DNA of 32,000 bases from Methanothermus fervidus DSM 2088 (GCA_000166095.1 CP002278.1:1170001-1202000); one strand, 5' to 3'; shown: positions 1-9,111, numbered from the stretch's first letter. Numbers and translations: made by a program. The notes: generated by a model from the sequence alone, not told the origin.

Positions 1-271
1 AATAATTGAGCATCTACCATTTAATAAAAAATCTCCAAAAGAAATAGCAAAAGAATTAGGTCTTTTAGGCGTAATTGAAGATGAAGAAAAAATATTGAAA
101 GCTGTTGAAAAAGCTATTAAAGACAATCCAAAAGCTGTAAATGATTATCATAATGGTAAAAAAGCAGCCTTAAATTTCTTACTTGGACAAGTCATGAAAC
201 TTACAAAAGGAAAGGTCGATCCTCAACGAACAATGCAAATATTAAAAAGTAAGGTTGAAGAGTCAAAATAA
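1..271 (+). CDS. gatB: Asp/Glu-tRNA amidotransferase subunit B, C-terminal fragment (5' end lies outside the window)
   Basis: Frame 2 is open from the window edge to TAA at 269-271. The translation ...NPKAVNDYHNGKKAALNFLLGQVMKLTKGKVDPQRTMQILK matches the conserved GatB/YqeY-type tail domain pattern (GK..AL.FL.GQVMK.TKGK). Confidence 0.8.
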   Translation, partial: IIEHLPFNKKSPKEIAKELGLLGVIEDEEKILKAVEKAIKDNPKAVNDYHNGKKAALNFLLGQVMKLTKGKVDPQRTMQILKSKVEESK

Positions 272-273
272 AT

Positions 274-501
274 ATGGCACAAAATATTATTAACATGCTT
301 AAGTGGCATCCAAAATATGATCTCTCTAATTGCAAAATTACTTATATACATAGAGGTTCCCCAGGAAATTTAAAAACAATAAAAGGTTCAGAAATAAAAA
401 ACATCGATAGAGGATTTATAATATTGAAGAATGATGTTGCTATTCCATATCATCGTATAGTTAAAGTTCAATGCAAAAATTTTGTATGGGAGAGGAAGTG
501 A
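274..501 (+). CDS. DUF504/UPF0248 (MJ1316-like) small protein
   Basis: 75 aa, ATG 3 nt after the gatB stop. The pattern LKWHPKYD...ITYIHRG...IPYHRIVKV is typical of the archaeal UPF0248 family, recalled from family knowledge. Confidence 0.65.
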   Translation: MAQNIINMLKWHPKYDLSNCKITYIHRGSPGNLKTIKGSEIKNIDRGFIILKNDVAIPYHRIVKVQCKNFVWERK

Positions 502-505
502 GTCA

Positions 506-1306
506 ATGGCTGATAAAGCATTAGTTAAAGATTATATGACTCGGAAAGTTATATGTGTAACTCCTGAAACACCCACATCTGAGTTGGTAGAATTAATGAA
601 AAAAACCCAGCACGATGGTTTTCCTGTTACAGATGACGGCAAACTTGTGGGAATGGTTACATCTTTTGATTTAATTACTAATCCTTCAGCAAAAAAAGTT
701 AAAGAAATAATGTCCACCGATGTCGTGGTAACTCGAGAGAACATGACAATTCATGATGCAGCAAGAGTAATGTTTAGAGAGGGTGTATCACGTTTACCTG
801 TTGTAAATGGAGAAGGAAAGGTTGTGGGTATAATAACCAACACAGATATAATAAGATCACATATTGAAAGATCCACCCCAACAAAAGTTAGCTATTTTAG
901 AAATACATTAAAACAAATTTACAATGTCAAAACTGAAGTTAAAAGAAAAAGAATACCTTTAAAAAAATTGAGGCCTACACAAGGTAAAATATATGCAGAT
1001 GAATTAAAAGGAAGAACTTATGAACTTAAAAGAGGTCTTGCTGAACCTATAATAGCTGTTAAAACTGGCGATCATTACGTAATTGTAGATGGTCACCATA
1101 GAGTAGTTGCAGCTCATAAGTTAGGATATAAAGAGATAGATGCATATGTAATACACCTAGATAAGGATATAAAGCTTGGCATTGAAAAAAGCGCTGATAA
1201 AAATAAAATTTATTCAATAGACGACATAGAAGTAATTGATGAAGTACAACATCCTTTAACAACGATAACTACTGTTAAGAGGCGAAAAGATGAAGATACT
1301 AAATGA
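506..1306 (+). CDS. CBS-pair domain protein fused to a ParB/sulfiredoxin-like (ParBc) domain
   Basis: The track ORF begins at TTG 482. ATG 506 follows a GAGAGGAAGTGA Shine-Dalgarno-like stretch and lies 4 nt after the upstream stop. The N-terminal half has two CBS repeats ([12 protein letters not shown]..., [11 protein letters not shown]...GIITNTDII). The C-terminal half has LRPTQ and DGHHRVVAA motifs of the ParB/Srx fold. Confidence 0.75.
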   Translation: MADKALVKDYMTRKVICVTPETPTSELVELMKKTQHDGFPVTDDGKLVGMVTSFDLITNPSAKKVKEIMSTDVVVTRENMTIHDAARVMFREGVSRLPVVNGEGKVVGIITNTDIIRSHIERSTPTKVSYFRNTLKQIYNVKTEVKRKRIPLKKLRPTQGKIYADELKGRTYELKRGLAEPIIAVKTGDHYVIVDGHHRVVAAHKLGYKEIDAYVIHLDKDIKLGIEKSADKNKIYSIDDIEVIDEVQHPLTTITTVKRRKDEDTK

Positions 1307-1571
1307 AGTATATAAAGTGCTTGAAGATAGGCGTGATAACCCTATTGATTCTTATAGTTCACGCTTAATGCAAGATAATGGTAAGGCTGCTGAAGATAAA
1401 ATATTAGAGAAAATTGGTGAAGAATGTGCAGAATTAATAATAGCATCTAAAAACAATGAAAACATTGTGGAAGAAGCTGCTGATTTGATTTTTCATGTGT
1501 TAGTATTACTTGTGTATAAAGGTATAAAACTTGAAGAACTTTCTAAAGAATTTTTAAGGAGAAGAAGGTGA
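1290..1571 (+). CDS. hisE: phosphoribosyl-ATP pyrophosphatase
   Basis: 93 aa. The pattern SYSSRLMQ....[19 protein letters not shown]...[16 protein letters not shown] is the MazG-like HisE signature. It overlaps the upstream gene by 17 nt. Confidence 0.85.
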   Translation: MKILNEVYKVLEDRRDNPIDSYSSRLMQDNGKAAEDKILEKIGEECAELIIASKNNENIVEEAADLIFHVLVLLVYKGIKLEELSKEFLRRRR

Positions 1572-2315
1572 ATTTATTTGTTTTAATATTTTTAATGCAA
1601 AAGCCGCAGCTCCAAAACCATTATCAATATTAACAACAACTACGCCAGGTACACAAGATTGGAGCATAGAAAGCAGAGCTGCAATGCCTTTTCCACCTGC
1701 ACCATATCCAACAGATGTTGGGACAGCAATCACAGGTAAATCAACTAAACCTGCGACAACAGATGGTAATGCGCCTTCCATACCAGCTACGACTATTAAA
1801 AGTTGTACATTCTTCTTTATTAATTTTCTCAAATATCTAAATAATCTATGTATGCCTGCTATCCCTACATCATACACCATAGACACTTTACAACCCATCT
1901 CTTCAAGTATTATTTTTGCTTCTTCAGCAACAGGTATATCGGCAGTGCCACCAGTAATTATACCTACATGACCTTCTACCACTTTTTCATGTTTTCCAAC
2001 TATCATAACTCTTCCTTCTTTATAATACCTTACTTCACAATTTTTAGGTAATTTTGTAACGATTTTTTTGTATTTTGATTCATTGAGTCGTGTTATGATC
2101 AATCCTTTATTTCCACATGCTTTTATTATTTTGGCAATTTTTTCAGGACTTTTCCCAATTGACAATACCACTTCTGGAATACCTGTTCTTACCTCCCTAC
2201 CTAAATCAAATTTAGCTAAATCTTCTATTTCTTTTATTTGGAACGATTTTATAAGTTTTTCTGCTTCTTTTATAGATATTTTGCCGTCTGCTAATTTTTT
2301 AAGTATTTCTCTCAT
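1554..2315 (-). CDS. larB: LarB-type (PurE-like) nickel-pincer cofactor biosynthesis carboxylase/hydrolase
   Basis: 253 aa, ATG start. It has a PurE-like core ([16 protein letters not shown]...[31 protein letters not shown]) preceded by the N-terminal extension typical of COG1691/LarB. Confidence 0.75.
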   Translation of the reverse strand: MREILKKLADGKISIKEAEKLIKSFQIKEIEDLAKFDLGREVRTGIPEVVLSIGKSPEKIAKIIKACGNKGLIITRLNESKYKKIVTKLPKNCEVRYYKEGRVMIVGKHEKVVEGHVGIITGGTADIPVAEEAKIILEEMGCKVSMVYDVGIAGIHRLFRYLRKLIKKNVQLLIVVAGMEGALPSVVAGLVDLPVIAVPTSVGYGAGGKGIAALLSMLQSCVPGVVVVNIDNGFGAAAFALKILKQINSPSSP

Positions 2316-2366
2316 AGTAAATCACTTAAATCATTTTTATGTATATAAAGTTTCAGAGGGGTCACA

Positions 2367-4643
2367 ATGCAACATGCTCAAATCATTGTTGAAGGAATTG
2401 TTCAGGGTGTTGGATTTAGACCAACTATATATAGGCTTGCAAAACATCATAAATTAAAAGGTTATGTAAAAAATTTAGGAAATGTTGTTGAAATAGTGGT
2501 GGCTGGAAAAAAATCAAATATAAAAAATTTTTTAAAATCTATTGAAGAAGAGAAACCTCCTTTATGCAAAATATTTAATATAGATGTCAAATATTATGAT
2601 GCACCTCTTAAGTTCGATGATTTCAAAATTGTTAAAAGCTCTAAAAAATTTTATGGTTCATCTATAATTCCCGCAGACATTGCAACTTGTAAAGATTGTT
2701 TGGAAGAAATAGATAATCCAAAGGATAGAAGGTACAACTATCCTTTTACAAGTTGCACAAATTGTGGCCCAAGATTTACAATAATAAAATCATTACCATA
2801 TGATAGAGAAAGAACAAGCATGGATGAATTTCCCTTATGTGATAAATGTTTGAAGGAATATGAAGATCCTGAAGATAGAAGATATCATGCAGAAACTACT
2901 TGTTGTCCAACCTGTGGTCCCAAAGTTTTTTTATGGGGATTAGACGTCGATGATCCAATTAAAGAAACTGCCAAACTCCTAGATGAAGGTTATATTGTTG
3001 CAATTAAAGGTATTGGTGGAGCCCATATAGCCTGTGATGCTACAGATGAAGATGTGGTAAAAAAATTAAGGAAGAGATTAAATAGACCATCACAACCGTT
3101 TGCATGCATGAGTAAAGACATAGATACAATAAAAAAATTTGCAATAGTAAATGAGAATGAAAAGGAAACCTTATTGTCAAAAAGTAGACCAATTGTGGTG
3201 TTAAAGAAAAAAGAAGATTGTGCAATTGCAAATTCTGTGTCTCCAGGTCTTCATACTATTGGGGTTATGTTACCTTACTCTGGTCTCCACCATATTTTAT
3301 TCAAATATCTTAAAAAAGAAGCTTATGTAATGACTTCAGCAAATAAACCAGGCATGCCAATGTTAATAAAAAACAGAGATATTATTAAAAAACTCAATGG
3401 AATAGCAGATTATTTCTTACTTCATGATCGTAAAATAATTAATCGTTGTGATGATTCGGTGATAAGGTTTAGAGGTGGTAAGAAAGCATTCTTAAGACGT
3501 TCTAGAGGATATGCACCAGAACCATATGATTTTTCAAAATATTGTGAAAATAAAAATATTTTGGCACTTGGACCAGAACTTGACGTAACTTTCGCATTAG
3601 TTAAAAATGGAAAATGTTATGTTTCCCAACATATTGGAAATGTCAACAATTATGATGTTTTAAAATTTCTTAAGAGTGCAATAAATAGATTCCTATCTAT
3701 GATCAAAATAGATTCTTTAGATGTTGTGGCTTGTGATTTACATCCACAATTCCTTACAACTAAACTAGCTCAAGAATTGTCCCAAAAATATTCTTGTAAA
3801 TTGTTAAAAGTTCAGCATCATCATGCCCATGCTGCTTCTCTTGCCTTTGATGCAAATGTGGATGAATATATATGTATAACTGCAGATGGAGTAGGTTATG
3901 GTAGCGATGGTACTGTTTGGGGTGGCGAAATATTACATTTCAAAGGCAAGAATTTTAAGAGGATGGCAAGTTTAATTCCTCAAAAGATGCCTGGTGGAGA
4001 CCTCTGTACTTATTATCCAGCAAGAATGCTACTTTCAATACTTAAAAACGTTTATGATGACGAGGAACTAGTAGATATTATGGATGATTATAAAAAATAT
4101 TTCCCACATGGAAAGAAAGAAATTGAGATAGTTATTAAACAATTAAACAAAGATTTTAATGTAAATATAACAACCAGTACTGGACGAATTTTGGATTCGA
4201 TTGCTGTAGCACTCCATATTTGTAGTCGAAGGACATATGAAGGAGAATGTGCAATGAAACTGGAATCTGCAGCTTACTATGGAAATGATGGATTAGAAAT
4301 TACAAAAGAAATATATAAAACTGATAATAGATATGTTTTGGATACTTCTTTGATGTTAAGAGATGTTATAGAGTTGCTTAAAAAAGGTGAAAAGCGTCGT
4401 GATATTGCATTTGCAGCTCAAAAAGCTTTAGCTGAAGGATTGGCAGAATTATCTGTTTTATCTGCAGAAAAAGCAAAAGTGGATATAATAGGCGGTTCCG
4501 GAGGAGTCTTTATAAATGAGGCTATAACAAAAACTGTGAAAGAATATGTAGAAAATCAAGGATATAAATTTGTTCAACATGAAAATTCTTGTCCTGGTGA
4601 TGGATCAATATCTTTAGGTCAGGCCTTTATTTCTTGTTTATAA
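2367..4643 (+). CDS. hypF: [NiFe]-hydrogenase maturation carbamoyltransferase HypF
   Basis: 758 aa. It has an N-terminal acylphosphatase domain ([12 protein letters not shown]), four CxxC zinc-finger motifs ([22 protein letters not shown]), a YrdC-like block and a Kae1-like C-terminal half. Confidence 0.93.
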   Translation: MQHAQIIVEGIVQGVGFRPTIYRLAKHHKLKGYVKNLGNVVEIVVAGKKSNIKNFLKSIEEEKPPLCKIFNIDVKYYDAPLKFDDFKIVKSSKKFYGSSIIPADIATCKDCLEEIDNPKDRRYNYPFTSCTNCGPRFTIIKSLPYDRERTSMDEFPLCDKCLKEYEDPEDRRYHAETTCCPTCGPKVFLWGLDVDDPIKETAKLLDEGYIVAIKGIGGAHIACDATDEDVVKKLRKRLNRPSQPFACMSKDIDTIKKFAIVNENEKETLLSKSRPIVVLKKKEDCAIANSVSPGLHTIGVMLPYSGLHHILFKYLKKEAYVMTSANKPGMPMLIKNRDIIKKLNGIADYFLLHDRKIINRCDDSVIRFRGGKKAFLRRSRGYAPEPYDFSKYCENKNILALGPELDVTFALVKNGKCYVSQHIGNVNNYDVLKFLKSAINRFLSMIKIDSLDVVACDLHPQFLTTKLAQELSQKYSCKLLKVQHHHAHAASLAFDANVDEYICITADGVGYGSDGTVWGGEILHFKGKNFKRMASLIPQKMPGGDLCTYYPARMLLSILKNVYDDEELVDIMDDYKKYFPHGKKEIEIVIKQLNKDFNVNITTSTGRILDSIAVALHICSRRTYEGECAMKLESAAYYGNDGLEITKEIYKTDNRYVLDTSLMLRDVIELLKKGEKRRDIAFAAQKALAEGLAELSVLSAEKAKVDIIGGSGGVFINEAITKTVKEYVENQGYKFVQHENSCPGDGSISLGQAFISCL

Positions 4644-5082
4644 TGTCGTTAAGGATTCTCAAAGCTTCAGTTCTCAAAGTTTCATATCTTTCTAATAATT
4701 GTTTAATTTCATTTATTGCTTCTATATTTCCATTTTTTGCTTTTTTTTCTAAGTATTTTAACCTCGTCATCTCTTCATCTTCTGTATCACTACTTACTTC
4801 CACCCGAAAATCTTCTTTACTTATTACAACCTTTATAGCTATGTTGTCACGTATCTTGTAATATTTTCTAGGTCTTCCTCTCTGAACTCTCTTAAATGTA
4901 GATTCTACAATGCCAGCTTCTTCTAATACCTTCAGGTGTTCTATTATAGCTTTCTGTCCTACATTTAACTCCTGCGAGATTTGACTGACAAAACAAGGTT
5001 CCTTACCTATTAACTCTATAATTTTACGTCTAGTTTTATTTCCTATTAACTCCAATATTTTTTCAGCATCTATAATTTTCAT
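4627..5082 (-). CDS. ArsR-family winged-helix transcriptional regulator with coiled-coil C-terminus
   Basis: The track start at 5085 is GTG and the adjacent ATG is at 5080-5082. The HTH region is [11 protein letters not shown]...[30 protein letters not shown]...[10 protein letters not shown]. An A/T-rich TATA-like box about 30 nt upstream suggests a short or absent leader. Confidence 0.75.
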   Translation of the reverse strand: MKIIDAEKILELIGNKTRRKIIELIGKEPCFVSQISQELNVGQKAIIEHLKVLEEAGIVESTFKRVQRGRPRKYYKIRDNIAIKVVISKEDFRVEVSSDTEDEEMTRLKYLEKKAKNGNIEAINEIKQLLERYETLRTEALRILNDIINKK

Positions 5083-5125
5083 CACATTAAAAAGTTTTGT
5101 TAGAATTAGTAGATAAATTTTATCA

Positions 5126-5443
5126 GATGTGTGGGAGTGGCATGCCGGGAGTAACCCCCCTTCTGTTTAGGCAGCATTCATCTAAGCGGGCAATCTCTGC
5201 CTCATATCATTGGCAGATTTTCACCCTTGCATCCCCCGGATTGGCCGTTTCACCGATCCTCCCGATGTCAATCAACCCCTTTAATTGGGGCCTCATTATC
5301 ATCCATCGGGAGACGTGTCGTTTCTGCGCCAGGGTCCGGCCTCTCGGCCGATGCCTTGCGGCACCGGGGTTTAGGGTGATGGGGGGAGTTTCCTCAGCCA
5401 TAAAAGGCCGTAGCTGCCCTCCGGCTTACCACTCCCACACATC
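5126..5443 (-). ncRNA. rnpB: RNase P RNA (archaeal type A)
   Basis: This is a GC-rich island in AT-rich DNA. The minus strand carries CR-I GAGGAAACUCC (complement of 5385-5395). It also carries CAAGGGUGAAAAU, then UAGAUGAAUGCUGCCUAAACAGAAGGGGGGUUAC (CR-IV/V-like, complement of 5151-5184). A perfect 15-bp P1 helix pairs 5126-5140 with 5429-5443. The ends are approximate, set by P1. Confidence 0.9.
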
Positions 5444-5461
5444 AATAAGAAGAAGAAGTAA

Positions 5462-5536
5462 TAGCGGGGCCTGGATTTGAACCAGGGATCTCGGGGTTAT
5501 GAGCCCCGCGGGTTCACCAGGCTACCCCACCCCGCT
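5462..5536 (-). tRNA. initiator tRNA-Met (anticodon CAT), no encoded CCA
   Basis: I folded the cloverleaf by hand. The acceptor is AGCGGGG/CCCCGCU with an A1:U72 pair. The D stem is GGGU/ACCC. The anticodon stem CGGGG/CCCCG has three consecutive G:C pairs next to the loop CUCAUAA. The T arm is CCUGG-UUCAAAU-CCAGG and the discriminator is A. A1:U72 plus the G29-31:C39-41 pairs are archaeal initiator hallmarks. Confidence 0.92.
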
Positions 5537-5560
5537 ATTTTTTATTTAGTTAATAACTCC

Positions 5561-5569
5561 TATATAAAA
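5561..5569 (-). promoter_or_regulatory. TATA box for the tRNA-iMet (and probably RNase P RNA) transcript
   Basis: The minus strand reads TTTTATATA about 25 nt upstream of the tRNA 5' end at 5536. No comparable A/T box lies between the tRNA and the RNase P RNA. Confidence 0.6.
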
Positions 5570-5665
5570 TTTACGGTTAAGCAAAATAAAAATTTTGATT
5601 AAGAATATTAACGAAAAATATTTATAAAGACTTTTTTAAATTAAAAATTTTGGAGGGAGAATATT

Positions 5666-6220
5666 ATGAAAAAATTGGTAGCAATTCTTAGTATATTTTT
5701 AGCGTTATTTATTGGAATAAATGCTAGTGCTGCAGCTACAATGTTCTATACAACGAAAGGTATACCTACAGAGAACAGCACACAATATACAGAACCTATA
5801 ATATTGAATAAATCAATGCAGATAAAATATATGATTGTTGACAATGCAACAAATAAAACAAAATATGGTATAATTAAGCATGAGATAACTAAAAAAGCAA
5901 AAAATCAAACTATATTCCCAGCAATCTCATTTGACGGTGATAATATAACTTTAACATTTCCAGCAAATGTAACTGTTTATTACACATTGAATGGTAAAAA
6001 CCCAACAAACAAAAGTGCAATATATACAGCTCCAATAATTCTAAACAAAAATATGATAATAAAGTATATGATAGTCAGTGGAAATGCAACATACAAAGGC
6101 GTTGTCAAACATACACCTTGCAAACTAGTTAAGAAAACAAAATTCAAAAAAATAAAAAAGAACAAGCGAATAAAAATTGTAAAAGAGGTTATACCAGAAT
6201 TAGAACCAACTTCAAGCTAG
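5666..6220 (+). CDS. secreted protein with two chitobiase/Fn3-associated-like repeats and a Lys-rich tail
   Basis: GGAGGGAG RBS lies 7 nt upstream. The signal peptide is MKKLVAILSIFLALFIGINASAA. The internal duplication is YTEPIILNKSMQIKYMIV (5786-5839) versus YTAPIILNKNMIIKYMIV (6023-6076). The protein has many N-x-S/T sequons. Confidence 0.7.
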   Translation: MKKLVAILSIFLALFIGINASAAATMFYTTKGIPTENSTQYTEPIILNKSMQIKYMIVDNATNKTKYGIIKHEITKKAKNQTIFPAISFDGDNITLTFPANVTVYYTLNGKNPTNKSAIYTAPIILNKNMIIKYMIVSGNATYKGVVKHTPCKLVKKTKFKKIKKNKRIKIVKEVIPELEPTSS

Positions 6221-6234
6221 AATTTTAAATTACC

Positions 6235-6248
6235 TTTTTTATTTTTTT
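6235..6248 (+). terminator. oligo-T terminator tract (T6-A-T7)
   Basis: TTTTTTATTTTTTT lies 15 nt after the stop of the 5666-6220 gene, in a convergent gap. Archaeal termination uses oligo-T runs. Confidence 0.55.
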
Positions 6249-7960
6249 CACAATGAACTGCTGTTGGTAATATTGAAATCTAAAAATCTTCCACGTAAAG
6301 AATTTGCAAACATCATATCGCTTTGCCCATTTTCCTTAATATAGATATTTATAATGTGGCCATTCCAATAAATTGTATAATTGGCTGGTGCATTGCCATC
6401 GAAATAAATTGTATCAACTTTTATCCCATTTACATATACTGAGTAATATCCTTCTTTCATAATTCCAGAAGTAGAAACTAGGAATTTATTGTCAAAATAT
6501 ATATTTACTGACTTAGATTCATTACTTTGGGTTTGGATTAAAACTCCTTCTTTTACAGTTAATCCTTCACTAGTATATATATTTCTCAAAACATATACGT
6601 TTTTAAAGATTTTTCTTAAATTATTGTCTTGAATAACATCGCCAATATTTACATTTAAAACAGATCTGATTTCTTGAGGCATTCTAATTACATTGTTTTC
6701 ACCAGGTAATGGTTCTCTAACTTCATAAGAAAGATTGTAAATATAAATTTTGTCTCCATAATTTATTCCAAGTGTATCTATAGCATCAGCAGGCATTCTA
6801 ATGATGTTACTCTCATTTTCTAACGCACTGTCAATTGTATATGGTCCTTTTATAGCTATAGTACGATTTTCATGTGCCTTTTTCCATATGACTAAATTAC
6901 CTGAAACAGGCTGAATTGATATTTTATCTTTTTCCACATGTATGGATCCAAAAAGAGCAGAAAGAATGGCAAACAAAATTAATGCCGAAACTAAAACTGG
7001 GAAATGCATATATATGAAAGATTTAATAGTACTGATAGGGTTCTTTGATGTAAGAATTATTTTACAAGATTTCATCAAAAGAATTACTAAATAATACATT
7101 GCAACAATAAATCCAAGAATACTAAGAGCTATACCTACATATAAAGGTATAATCCTTGTAAAGAAAATACTAAAAATTCCAAATGATGTTAATGAAAGTC
7201 CAAGTACACACATCCTTATTGAATTACCTATGGTGTCCATCATTGCAACTCTTCCATACTCTACAGCCCTATTTACTATTGTTCTAACTACTTCATTAGC
7301 CATTAAATTGAGATCTGACAAATCAGACATTTTATGGTTTAGAGTTCCAATATCAACCTCTTTTATTCTGAATCCATGTGCATCTGCATCTAATATTATA
7401 CCTATGTCAACACCATAATCTTCCTCAAATTTTACTTTTTCAAGCACTGATCTTTTAGCTGCAAATTGGCCACTTAACGGCTGTTTAAAATTTAATTCTG
7501 GGAAGAAAAAATTTAATAATGGTTTAGCTGTGAGTTCGGTAACCCTTCCAGCTTTGCGCTTAAATTTACTCTTAGTTATATCTGCTTCTCCCCTAATTAT
7601 TGGTTCTACAATCCTATCAACTTTTTTTGGATTTATATTTTTTAGGTCAGCATCTAAAAATAAAATTATGTCCCCTGATGACTCTTTAAACCCTGTTTTT
7701 AATGCTGCACCTTTACCCTTATTTTTCTCATGTTTTATTACTTTTGCACCTGCATTTAAAGCTTTTTCATAAGTTTTGTCTGTAGAACCATCATCCACAA
7801 CTATAATTTCATCTACATATTTTGATTTTTTTACAGCATTAACAACATCTGCAACAGTCTCCTCTTCATTATAGGCAGGTATAACTGCCGACACCCTTGG
7901 CTTGTATCTTTTTACAACCAAAAACAAAAATATAATAAAGATTAGTATCATTGAATACAT
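6248..7960 (-). CDS. membrane-bound family-2 glycosyltransferase (GpgS-like catalytic core) with 3 TM helices and a large C-terminal extracytoplasmic domain
   Basis: 570 aa with an N-terminal TM. The GT-A core includes VIPAYNEEETV, VVDDGSTDKT, FLDADL and GRVTELTAKPLLNFFFPEL..QPLSGQFA. TM helices lie at about aa 250-340. The C-terminal 230 aa are rich in N-x-S/T sequons. Confidence 0.8.
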   Translation of the reverse strand: MYSMILIFIIFLFLVVKRYKPRVSAVIPAYNEEETVADVVNAVKKSKYVDEIIVVDDGSTDKTYEKALNAGAKVIKHEKNKGKGAALKTGFKESSGDIILFLDADLKNINPKKVDRIVEPIIRGEADITKSKFKRKAGRVTELTAKPLLNFFFPELNFKQPLSGQFAAKRSVLEKVKFEEDYGVDIGIILDADAHGFRIKEVDIGTLNHKMSDLSDLNLMANEVVRTIVNRAVEYGRVAMMDTIGNSIRMCVLGLSLTSFGIFSIFFTRIIPLYVGIALSILGFIVAMYYLVILLMKSCKIILTSKNPISTIKSFIYMHFPVLVSALILFAILSALFGSIHVEKDKISIQPVSGNLVIWKKAHENRTIAIKGPYTIDSALENESNIIRMPADAIDTLGINYGDKIYIYNLSYEVREPLPGENNVIRMPQEIRSVLNVNIGDVIQDNNLRKIFKNVYVLRNIYTSEGLTVKEGVLIQTQSNESKSVNIYFDNKFLVSTSGIMKEGYYSVYVNGIKVDTIYFDGNAPANYTIYWNGHIINIYIKENGQSDMMFANSLRGRFLDFNITNSSSL

Positions 7961-8077
7961 TGCGACACCATGTTATTTCTTTTCATTCTTGCCCTCAATT
8001 ACTATTTACAAGAAAGTAAAAAATATGCTTAACTATTTAAAATACTTTTCTTAAAAACCATGTGACGGAGAGATACA

Positions 8078-9106
8078 ATGAAGTTCCTCATAACTACACC
8101 AAGAGGCTTAGAAGGTACTGCAGCCAATTACATCAAAGAAAAAATAAAAGATGCTGATGTATGGATAACACCTATGGGATATGCAGGGTTAGTGTTAGTT
8201 AAAACTAAAGAAAATTGTGAAAAGCAATTAAAAGAAATTCCAGAGGTTGAAAGAGTTATCCCTGTAATGTTTGAAGTCCCTGCAAAATTAGATGAGATAT
8301 TATCAACAGCAAAAAATATTTCTAAACATATAAATGAGACTGAAACCTTTTCTGTTGAAACTACAAGAAGAGGAAAACATGAATTTACAAGTATGGATGT
8401 CAACATAAAACTTGGCAGAAAAATAGAAGAATTAACAGGTGCAGATGTAAATCTTACTTTACCTGACAAAAAAGTGTTGGTAGAAATTATAGGTGATAAG
8501 GCTTATATCTCTGTTATTGAAAGAGAAAAGTGGAAGAAATATACACCTGAAAAACCAGATGCAAGATCTCTTTTAAAAAAAATTACTATAGTGCAACTTC
8601 CATATTGGGGTGATTACAAAGTATGCAGGAAGATGGGTGAAAAAATTGGAAGGGCAGCTCAGGCTTTTGAAATTAAGGAACTCATAATATCTCCAAAAGA
8701 AAAAATGGATGCTTATGAACTTATGGAATTTATTCGTGGTGTTAAAAAAGGTCAAAGATCTAGATACTTAATACAGAAGGATGCATATCCGTGGGATGTT
8801 AGGAAGATTCCTGTAAGTGTGTGGGATTTATACCAAGTGATAAGAGATAAAAGAAGGAAAAATAGAACAATAATAATAACAGATCCTCTAGGAGACATAG
8901 TTTCCAATGTAAAAAATAAATTAAAAAAAGATTTAAAATTTTCAAAAGAAATTATTGTATTTATAGGTTCTAGGGAAGGTATCCCAAGAGGTTTGTTTGA
9001 TTTAGCTGATTATGTATTGGATCTGACACCTCATATGACATTTGCAACCGAACAAGGTATTCCTGCAATACTAATATTACTTTGGCATCTTTATGAGTCC
9101 TCTTAA
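8078..9106 (+). CDS. THUMP domain protein fused to a SPOUT-like (trefoil-knot) methyltransferase domain, predicted RNA methyltransferase
   Basis: 342 aa. The N-terminal 160 aa have a THUMP-like pattern (FLITTPRGLE...FSVETTRRGKHEFTSMDVNIKLG...VLVEIIGDKAYISV). The C-terminal end IVFIGSREGIPRGLFDLADYVLDL...ATEQGIPAILILL resembles SPOUT motifs 2-3. No specific substrate can be assigned. Confidence 0.6.
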   Translation: MKFLITTPRGLEGTAANYIKEKIKDADVWITPMGYAGLVLVKTKENCEKQLKEIPEVERVIPVMFEVPAKLDEILSTAKNISKHINETETFSVETTRRGKHEFTSMDVNIKLGRKIEELTGADVNLTLPDKKVLVEIIGDKAYISVIEREKWKKYTPEKPDARSLLKKITIVQLPYWGDYKVCRKMGEKIGRAAQAFEIKELIISPKEKMDAYELMEFIRGVKKGQRSRYLIQKDAYPWDVRKIPVSVWDLYQVIRDKRRKNRTIIITDPLGDIVSNVKNKLKKDLKFSKEIIVFIGSREGIPRGLFDLADYVLDLTPHMTFATEQGIPAILILLWHLYESS

Positions 9107-9111
9107 TTTTT

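Noticed and set aside
5063-5085. Minus-strand GTGATGA, 12 nt, CTGA at the start of the ArsR-family gene as a second C/D sRNA
   Set aside because: Only a C/D'-like half is present and no C' or D box follows at the right spacing. The sequence is simply the GTG-ATG-AAA... start of the coding region. Other isolated TGATGA hits I checked (for example about 3449, 4053, 11836, 22017 and 27010) also lack correctly spaced CTGA boxes.
5097-5480. Track ORFs 5097-5480 (+, 127 aa) and 5207-5401 (-, 64 aa) as protein-coding genes
   Set aside because: They lie entirely within the GC-rich RNase P RNA / tRNA island. Their open frames come from the lack of A/T-rich stop codons. Their composition (Pro/Gly/Arg-rich) is unlike every real protein in the window, and the region is fully explained by conserved RNase P RNA motifs.
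5444-5600. The tRNA gene as an integration site for a mobile element or genomic island
   Set aside because: There is no integrase, no duplicated tRNA 3' fragment (att-like direct repeat) and no compositional break on either side. Neighbouring genes are ordinary core or surface genes.
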